From Flaccisagitta enflata (Eukaryota), in the NCBI GenBank assembly GCA_965153355.1, contig OZ231126.1:1116001-1180000 (forward strand): a stretch of 64,000 nucleotides of DNA. The letters are read 5' to 3'. The translations under genes were made by a program, and so were the position numbers. Each line of letters begins with the position of its first letter. Positions within the stretch are counted from its first letter, which is position 1. Shown here in pieces: positions 54,190 through 64,000 of the stretch. The notes beneath the pieces are model-generated. The model searched no databases and was not told the origin of the DNA. It saw only the letters and a program-made list of their open reading frames with translations.

Positions 54190-54730
54190 TTTGAGGAGGC
54201 AGATTTAATTTTGAGCTGCTGGTTAGGGTTTCAAACTGGCGGTTAGCGTTTGGAGCCAGCAGTTTGCATTTGTAGCTGGCAACTAGTTTAGAGTTGGTGG
54301 TAAGAGATTGCAGCTTGTAGTTGGAGCTGTTGAGTAGGGTTTGGAGCGAGTGGTTAGGGTTTACAGCTTGCATTTGGGGTTTAGAGCTGGCGGTTAGGAT
54401 TTGGAGCCGGCGATTGGGGTTCGGAGCAGGCAGCTATTGTTTTGTCCATACAATTTATATGTGCAGCTGGCGGTTAGGCTATGGTGTTGGCGGAGGCAGT
54501 TAGGGTTCAGAGCTGGTGGTTAGGGTTTGAGCTGAGGGCTTGGAACTGGTGGTAAAGTTTGGTACTGGCGGAGTGGCGGTTAGGGTTCAGAGCTGGTAGT
54601 TAGGGTTTAAGCTGAGGGCTTGGAACTGGTTGTATGGGTTGAGGGCTGGCGGTAAGGGTTAAGGCTGGCGGTATGGGTTGAGGGCTGGCGTTAAGGGTTA
54701 AGGCTGGCAGTTAGGGTTCTGAGCTGGTGG
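54190..54730 (+). repeat. TTAGGG-containing degenerate minisatellite (GAGCTGGCGGTTAGGGTT)
   Basis: ~19-21-bp units embedding TTAGGG. Confidence 0.75.
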
Positions 54731-54969
54731 ATAACCTCTGAGCTGACAATGAGCCATACGTCCAAGGTTTAGATTATCAGTAGAACAGTAAGGTTCTAAA
54801 AAAATTTACCAAGAATGAGAAATAGTTGATAATTTCTTAGAAATCTGATGTGTTAAAATAGGGGGGTCTTAACAATGAGATGACCTTCACATTCATACAT
54901 AATGCACACATTCATGCATAATGCAGAAAATCTAGCAAGTCATACGGAATAGAGCAACTTCATTGATAG

Positions 54970-55980
54970 AGAATAGGCACTCGTTCAGAGGATAGGCACT
55001 CGTTCAGAGGATAGGCACTCGTTCAGAGGATAGGCACTCGTTCAGAGGATAGGCACTCGTTCAGAGGATAGGCACTCGTTCATAGGATAGGCACTCGTTC
55101 AGAGGATAGGCACTCGTTCAGAGGATAGGCACTCGTTCAGAGGATAGGCACTCGTTCAGAGGATAGGCACTCGTTCAGAGGATAGACACTCGTTCAGAGG
55201 ATAGACACTCGTTCAGAGGAAAGACACTCGTTCAGAGGATAGACACTCGTACAGAGGATAGACACTCGTACAGAGGATAGACACTCGTACAGAGGATAGA
55301 CACTCGTTCAGAGGATAGACACTTGTTCAGAGGATAGACACTTGTTCAGAGGATAGACACTTGTTCAGAGGATAGACACTTGTTCAGAGGATAGACACTT
55401 GTTCAGAGGATAGACACTTGTTCAGAGGATAGACACTCGTTCAGAGGATAGACACTCGTTCAGAGGATAGACACTCGTTCAGAGGATAGACACTTAATCA
55501 GAGGATAGACACTTGTTTAGAGGATAGACACTTGTTAGAGGATAGACACTCGTTTAGAGGATAGACACTCGTTTAGAGGATACACTCGTTTAGAGGATAG
55601 ACACTTGTTTAGAGGATAGACACTTGTTCAGAGGATAGACACTTGTTCAGATGATTGACAATCGTTCAGAGGATACACTAGTTCAGAGGATAGACACTTG
55701 TTCAGAGGATAGACACGCATTCAGAGGATAGACACGCATTCAGAGGATAGACACGCATTCGGAGGAAAGACACGCATTCAGAGGAAAGACACGCATTCAG
55801 AGGAAAGACACACATTCAGAGGAAAGGCACGCATTCAGAGGATACACACATTCAGAGGATGGAACAAGCATTAAGAGGATAGACACGCATTCAGAGGATG
55901 GAATAAGCATTAAGAGGATGGACACACATTTGGAGGATGGACGCACAGAGGGTGGACGCGCATTCAAAGGGTAGACACAT
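54970..55980 (+). repeat. ~19-bp minisatellite AGAGGATAG(G/A)CACTCGTTC
   Basis: About 50 tandem copies with progressive variants. Confidence 0.95.
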
Positions 55981-58900
55981 AAACCCCTACCTTTATAGCC
56001 CCTCCCAATCCAGGAACTGTATCTTATAAATGGTCATAATGACACCCATTTTCATTTACAGAAATAAACACAAAAATAAAATCATTTCTGTAAATACTGT
56101 GTCACCTTATAGAACAGGGATAATTACAGAAATGATTTTATTTCCGAGTTTATTTCTGAGTTTATTTCTGCGATTGAAAATTTGTTCACAGGGTCAAGTT
56201 CCTAGATTGGGAGGGGCTAATAAGGTAGGGGTTTACAGGCGGATTTAATGTTCAGAAATAGGAAAAATTTCTTGGATTATTTCTGGAAATAAATTATCAT
56301 TTCTGTAACTATTTCTGGGAATTATAGAATGGGCTTAGAAAAGAAAAATCATTGCAGAATTGATTTTAAGGTTTTCTTTTCTTTACAGAAACAACTACAG
56401 AAAACTGGTCTTGTTTCTAGAAATTAATGCAGAAATGGATTTCATTTCTGATAACTAAATCCCCCATTAAACCCCTACCTTAATAGCCCCTCCCAATCCA
56501 GGAACTTGATCCTATAAATGGGCATAATGACACTCATTTTCATTTACAGAAATAAACACAGAAATAAAATCATTTCTGTAAATAGTGTGTCACCTTATAG
56601 AACAGGGATAATTACAGAAATAATTTTATTTCTGAGTTTATTTCTGCAATTGAAAATTTGTTTACAGGGTCAAGTTCCTAGATTGGGAGGGGCTAATAAG
56701 GTAGGGGTTTACAGGGGGATTTAATGACCAGAAATAGAAAATATTTCTGTGATTATTTCTGGAAATAAACTCTCTTCTGTAACTATTTCTGGGAATAATA
56801 GAATGGGCTTAGAAAAGAGAAAGTAATGCAGAATTGATTTGATAATTTTTTTCACTACAGAAACAACTACAGAAAACTGGTCTTGTTTCTAGAAATGAAT
56901 ACAGAAATGGATTTCATTTCTGATGACTAAATCCCCCATTAAACCCCTACCTTAATAGCCCCTCCCAATCCAGGAACTTGATCCTATAAATGGGCATAAT
57001 GACACTCATTTTCATTTACAGAAATAAACACAGAAATAAAATCATTTCTGTAAATAGTGTGTCACCTTATAGAACAGGGATAATTACAGAAATAATTTTA
57101 TTTCTGAGTTTATTTCTGCAATTCATTTTCAATTCCATGACACTCATTTTCATGTACAGAAATAAACACAGAAATAAAATCATTTCTGTAAATAGTGTGT
57201 CACCTTATAGAACAGGGATAATTACAGAAATGATTTTATTTCTGAGTTTATTTCTGCAATTGAAAATTTGTCTACAGGGTCAAGTTCCTAGATTGGGAGG
57301 GACTAATAAGGTAGGGGTTTGTAGGGGGATTTAATGACCAGAAATAGGGAATATTTCTGTGATTATTTCTGGAAATAAATTCTCATTTCTGTAACTATTT
57401 CTGGGAATAATAGAATGGGCTTAGCAAAGAAAAATCATTGCAGAATTGATTTTAAGGTTTTCTTTTCTTTACAGAAACAACTACAGAAAACTGGTCTTGT
57501 TTCTAGAAATGAATGCAGAAATGGATTTCATTTCTGATGACTAAATCCCCCATTAAACCCCTACCTTAATAGCCCCTCCCAATCCAGGAACTTGATCCTA
57601 TAAATGGGCATAATGACACTCATTTTCATTTACAGAAATAAACACAGAAATAAAATCATTTCTGTAAATAGTGTGTCACCTTATAGAACAGGGATAATTA
57701 CAGAAATAATTTTATTTCTGAGTTTATTTCTGTAATTCATTTTCAATTGCATAATGACACTCATTTTCATTTACAGGAATAAACACAGAAATAAAATCAT
57801 TTCTGTAAATAGTGTGTCACCTTATAGAACAGGGATGATTACAGAAATGATTTTATTTCTGAGTTTATTTCTGCAATTGAAAATTTGTTTACAGGGTCAA
57901 GTTCCTAGATTGGGAGGGGCTAATAAGGTAGGGGTTTACAGGGGGATTTAATGACCAGAAATAGAAAATATTTCTGTGATTATTTCTGGAAATAAACTCT
58001 CATTTCTGTAACTATTTCTGGGAATAATAGAATGGGCTTAGAAAAGAGAAAGTAATGCAGAATTGATTTGATAATATTTTTCACTACAGAAACAACTACA
58101 GAAAACTGGTCTTGTTTCTAGAATTGAATACAGAAATGGATTTCATTTCTGATGACTAAATCCCCCATTAAACCCCTACCTTAATAGCCCCTCCCAATCC
58201 AGGAACTTGATCCTATAAATGGGCATAATGACACTCATTTTCATTTACAGAAATAAACACAGAAATAAAATCATTTCTGTAAATAGTGTGTCACCTTATA
58301 GAACAGGGATAATTACAGAAATAATTTTATTTCTGAGTTTATTTCTGCAATTCATTTTCAATTCCATGACACTCATTTTCATGTACAGAAATAAACACAG
58401 AAATAAAATCATTTCTGTAAATAGTGTGTCACCTTATAGAACAGGGATAATTACAGAAATGATTTTATTTCTGAGTTTATTTCTGCATTTAAAAATTTGT
58501 TTACAGGGTCAAGTTCCTAGATTGGGAGGGGCTAATGAGGTAGGGGTTTACAGGGGGATTAAATGACCAGAAATAGGGAATATTTCTGTGATTATTTCTG
58601 GAAATAAATTCTCATTTCTTTAACTATTTCTGGGAATGATAGAATGGGCTTAGCAAAGAAAAATCATTGCAGAATTGATTTTAAGGTTTTCTTTTCTTTA
58701 CAGAAACAACTACAGAAAACTGGTCTTGTTTCTAGAAATGAATGCAGAAATGGATTTCATTTCTGATGACTAAATCCCCCATTAAACCCCTACCTTAATA
58801 GCCCCTCCCAATCCAGGAACTTGATCCTATAAATGGGCATAATGACACTCATTTTCATTTACAGAAATAAACACAGAAATAAAAATCATTTCTGTAAATA

Positions 58901-60600
58901 GTGTGTCACCTTATAGAACAGGGATAATTACAGAAATAATTTTATTTCTGAGTTTATTTCTGTAATTCATTTTCAATTGCATAATGACACTCATTTTCAT
59001 TTACAGAAATAAACCCAGAAATAAAATCATTTTTGTAAATAGTGTGTCACCTTATAGAACTGGGATAATTACAGAAATGATTTTTTTTCTGAGTTTATTT
59101 CTGTAATTCATTTTCAATTGCATAATGACACTCATTTTCATTTACAGAAATAAACACAGAAATAAAATCATTTCTGTAAATAGTGTGTCACCTTATAGAA
59201 CAGGGATTATTACAGAAATGATTTTATTTCTGAGTTTATTTCTGCAATTGAAAATTTGTTTACAGGATCAAGTTCCTAGATTGGGAGGGGCTAATAAGGT
59301 AGGGGTTTACAGGGGGATTTAATGACCAGAAATAGGAAATATTTCTGTGATTATTTCTGGAAATAAATTCTCGTTTCTGTAACTATTTCTGGGAATAATA
59401 GAATGGGCTTAGAAAAGAGAAAGTAATGCAGAATCAATTTGATAATTTTTTTCACTACAGAAACAACTACAGAAAACTGGTCTTGTTTCTAGAAGGGTCA
59501 AGTTCCTAGATTGGGAGGGGCTAATAAGGTAGGGGTTTACAGGGGGATTTAATGTTCAGAAATGGGAAATATTTCTGGGATTATTTCTGGAAATAAATTC
59601 TCGTTTCTGTAACTATTTCTGGGAATAATAGAATGGGCTCAGCAAGGAGAAATCATTGCAGAATTGATTTAAAGGTTTTCTTTTCGTTACAGATACAACT
59701 ACAGAAAACTGGTCTTGTTTCTAGAAATAAATACAGAAATGGATTTCATTTCTGATGACTAAATCCCCCATTAAACCCCTACCTTAATAGCCCCTCCCAA
59801 TCCAGGAACTTCATCCTATAAATGGGCATAATGACACTCATTTTCATTTACAGAAATAAACACAGAAATAAAATCATTTCTGTAAATAGTGTGTCACCTT
59901 ATAGAACAGGGATAATTACAGAAATAATTTTATTTCTGAGTTTATTTCTGCAATTCATTTTCAATTCCATGACACTCATTTTCATGTACAGAAATAAACA
60001 CAGAAATAAAATCATTTCTGTAAATAGTGTGTCACCTTATAGAACAGGGATAATTACAGAAATGATTTTATTTCTGAGTTTATTTCTGCAATTGAAAATT
60101 TGTTTACAGGGTCAAGTTCCTAGATTGGGAGGGGCTAATAAGGTAGGGGTTTACAGGGGGATTTAATGACCAGAAATAGGGAATATTTCTGTGATTATTT
60201 CTGGAAATAAACTCATTTCTGTAACTATTTCTGGGAATAATAGAATGGGCTTAGCAAAGAAAAATCATCGGTGAATTGATTTGAAGGTTTTCTTTTCTTT
60301 ACAGAAACAACTACAGAAAACTGGTCTTGTTTCTAGAAATGAATGCAGAAATGGATTTCATTTCTGATGACTAAATCCCCCATTAAACCCCTACCTTAAT
60401 AGCCCCTCCCAATCCAGGAACTTGATCCTATAAATGGTCATAATGACACTCATTTTCATTTACAGAAATAAACACAGAAATAAAATCATTTCTGTAAATA
60501 GTGTGTCACCTTATAGAACAGGGATAATTACAGAAATAATTTTATTTCTGAGTTTATTTCTGTAATTCATTTTCAATTGCATTAGAATGAAATTCATTTT
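55981..60600. repeat. Tandem array of ~470-750-bp inverted-repeat units with CAGAAAT/ATTTCTG filler
   Basis: Same G-rich and C-rich arms as 45040-47330; the internal ~130-bp subunit occurs 1-3 times per unit. Confidence 0.92.
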
Positions 60601-61602
60601 TGTGATGATTTTTAGAAATCAAATATTCTTCTGCAATGTTTTTTGTTATGTTCTATGATCATTTCTGTGGTGAGTAAAAGTCATTATTAGGTATTTAAAT
60701 TCAAGGAATGAAATTCATTTCTCTGTTGATTTCTGCAAACAAAAAGAGTGAACGCAACTAGAGAATAAACATGACCAAAAAGTTTGATGGCATGTCATAG
60801 TCCATGATGGCACACCATGAAGTCCATCATGGCATACCTTGCAGACAATGATGGCATCTCCAAATGGAAGAGTAAATCACATATGTAGCGATAGATCATT
60901 AAACGATCTCTTTGCAATTGTCATTTCAATGAATAGGAATAGAATACAGTGGCAGAAATTTCAATGAAAGATATTCATCATTCAGCAATAGTAATCAAAA
61001 TAATAAATAAGACGAGATGAGATGATTCGTAAGGCACTAGTTCCGATAACATATGGGTAAGATCAGGGAAGCCAATCATAATCAATAAGTCCCAGGCAAG
61101 TCAAGACAACAGCAACACCGCGCCTCATATCCCCTGTTGCCCGCGCTGTGGGTCACTACCTTCCCACCTACACACCCGACACCCAGTCACACTGCACCTA
61201 AACCCCCCGTACCCAGCCAGAAACCCCCCCCGACTCCCTCTTAAGACCACCATGACGGTCGATCATTTTTTTTTTAAATTTCTCTAAAAAAAATTTAGTG
61301 ATAAGGTGAGGAGTTGCCGCGTTCAAACCTGTCTTTGTTTGCCTTCTGTTATGATGGGAAGTATTTTTAAAAAAATCGATCTTTATTTCTGCACTCATGG
61401 CTGAAAAGAGCAAATTTCTAGACAATGTGAAATCAGGTGAAATAATAATTTCTGAGCATTATAACATCTGCCCACCAACACAACTGCGTCTGCCCACCAA
61501 CATTATTGCCCCTGCCCAACCTAATAACAGCCTCCGGCTCACCAGATCAATGCTCCTGCCCCCTGCATTACAGCTCCTGCCCACGCCTATCCTGTGAGCA
61601 CA

Positions 61603-61657
<55 letters not shown>

Positions 61658-61772
61658 CATCAGATCATGTCATTTACCCTGCTTTTTTCCTGACTTACGG
61701 GCTGACTCACTGTCTTGTCTGTCTGTCTCTCTGTCTGTCTCTCTGTCTGTCTAGTCTCTCTGTCTGTCTGCA

Positions 61773-61847
<75 letters not shown>

Positions 61848-62316
61848 GCCGCATTCAATAAGGTCGGGGAACACTAGAAGGAAATGACAGATACCTAAGG
61901 GCTGCGGCAGTGATTTTTTGACACGAAAAAGTGATATATTAGTTCATGAGAAGCAAATCAATGAGAATCCAATCATTGCAACATTTTAAAGTTTCAGGCC
62001 ATGGTCTAAAATTCTTTTTCCCGTTATCATTTTGTCGTAAGCCCATAACCAAATCCAATGCGTAAATTTGGTAATCTTGAATTAATCAGAGCTAAGTTTG
62101 TAGATTTTTCTAGAGAGGATAACAAAGCAAACGCCATGCATATCGAAACAGTCCAATCCAAATCTGAGAGAAAGAAAAAAACAGAATTAGGAAAGTATAC
62201 ATGTCGCTTAGCTCAATCAACTCAGAATTATAAGAGCTTTGACACGCAACACTATAAGAGGCTTTGTTCGTCGGTCCATCGGTCCCTTGGTCTGTCAGTG
62301 TGTGTGTGCGCTCGTT

Positions 62317-62400
<84 letters not shown>

Positions 62401-62586
62401 AGTCTGTCCTGACTCACTCGTTTAAATTACTAAGGGCCTGTTTCTAGTCACAGATAGTCCGGTTTTTAACGGGCCACTCAGTCACTATGTTCTTTAGCTG
62501 ACTTGCTTTACTTTGCTATGCTCTCTCTGCTTTCTCTGGTGACTGGCTTGCTTATCTACTTCACTCACTCCCTCGTGGGAAGGCAA

Positions 62587-62813
62587 AACAAGGCCGGATA
62601 CACGGCTACCCCAGTCGCGTGTGGGTGGTCAGGGGCTATGATTGAGGTCACCAGATCATTTGCGCAAGAGCAGTGAAGCCAAAAACTGCAAAAACCCAAA
62701 AAAAGTAAAGTGTGACGGATGGACCGACGGACAGACCGAGGGACGGACCAATGGACGGAAGGACCGACAGACCGACAATGCGGGGTGTAGAGTCGCGTAG
62801 CATGCGACTAAAA
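62587..62813 (+). mobile_element. DINE-1/HINE-like short dispersed element (representative copy)
   Basis: AACAAGGCCGGATACACGGC…(GGACCGAC)n…hairpin AGTCGCG-TAGCA-TGCGACT-AAAA. Related copies at about 32323, 32976, 34805, 38258, 41510, 41730(-), 43480(-), 49180(-), 49515(-), 62878(-), 63338 and elsewhere. Confidence 0.7.
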
Positions 62814-64000
62814 ATATCAATCATGATATATCTCAATGATTATTATAGTTCAATCATTCAATTTCAATCATTTTAAGTTTTAGTCGCGTGCTACGCGACT
62901 CTAGACGCTTTGTCAGTCCGTCCGTCTGTCGGTCCGTTCGTCGGTCCGTCCGTCCATCCATCACACTTTACTTATTTTGTTTGGCATTAATGGGGGCTTT
63001 GGCCTAATGCTCCTGCCCAAATGTTCCACTGACCTCAATTATGGCCCCTGCCCACCCGCACGCGACTGGGGTAGCCGTGTATCCGGCCTTGTTTACTTTG
63101 GCTCCTGTTGAAACACAAATGTTGCCCTCTGAGGAACGCCGTCTTATGTAGTTGAGGACGATGACTGAAATACTCATTTACCTTTTTTGGTTCCACCTTA
63201 CGATGCAATACAACCTACGAATTATTGCTTCCATTCCTTGGCAGTCTTTGGATGCGCCCCTCTAGCAACAACAAGTGTGCAATCGCAGCTACCCTAATCG
63301 CAATGGCAACGGCATTTGGGCAGAGTTAGTGATGGTAAACAAGTGACGCGGGGTCACAATATCGTTGCGGATGGGTGGGCAGGGGCAGCCAAACCCCAGC
63401 CTCACCCCAACCCCCTTCCCACACATTATCAAACACCCACACACATTCAATGACAACTGCAGCATTGTAAATGCGCGTTTCTTGCATTTTCAACTTGAGC
63501 GTGACGGACCGACGGACCGACCAACGGACGGACAAGCCTCTTATAGAGTTGCGTGTCCACAACTAAAAACATAGGCGCCAAAAGAGCTGTTTCCAAGAGA
63601 CATCGACTGACCAACTGACCAATACGAAAAGTTATCATATTTCATGTTGTGTACCGCTGACCAAAAAAGGTGCGGGTCTGCAACCACAATTGTCACTTGT
63701 CTTATTTTTAGTCGCGGACACGCGACTGTACTCCTTGCTGTGTCAATCTGTCAGTTGGTCCGTCCGAGCATAGCATTATTGAAATATTGTCTTTTTTAAA
63801 TTCTTTTTAATGTTATAGCTTATAGGTTATTGCAAGGTGATGTAACTTTGCAGCACTGCAGTATTGCCCCCCCCCCACACACACACACACACATCCAAAT
63901 GCGCGTTTCTACAACTTTTGACTCGCGCGTTATGGACCGACTGACAAAACGACGGACTGATGGACCGACCAATGGACGGACCGACGGACAAAGCCTCTTA

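Noticed and set aside
54970-55980. CRISPR-like appearance of regular short repeats (also 47410-47620 and 6790-7430)
   Set aside because: Head-to-tail units without unique spacers, no cas genes, and eukaryotic context.
56030-60166. Repeated 65-115-aa ORFs (MTLIFIYRNKH…)
   Set aside because: Products of palindromic satellite units with no protein features.

Overview
Repeat-rich eukaryotic DNA, probably from an invertebrate animal (GT-AG introns, TTAGGG-like repeats; species not determinable). Nearly all ORF-track entries are microsatellite artefacts. Two spliced host genes can be rebuilt by hand. (1) Five + strand exons (1122-8010) of a TRPC-type cation channel; its 5' end lies upstream of the window and I could not find its later exons. 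(2) A nine-exon - strand ZIFL1/DHA1-like MFS transporter (28802-18141). A 5'-truncated LINE with an intact 1107-aa APE-RT ORF2 sits inside a (CT)n tract in MFS intron 5. The rest is non-autonomous DNA transposons (TA-TSD Tc1/mariner-type, one 8-bp-TSD hAT-type, one 4-bp-TSD CAC..GTG Chapaev-type), many DINE-1/HINE-like short elements, and micro-, mini- and higher-order satellites. The most unusual signal is recurrent 'exon-edge echoes': six of the 14 exons are flanked by copies of their own splice junction (acceptor plus exon start upstream, exon end plus donor downstream), and these copies tend to decay away from the real exon.
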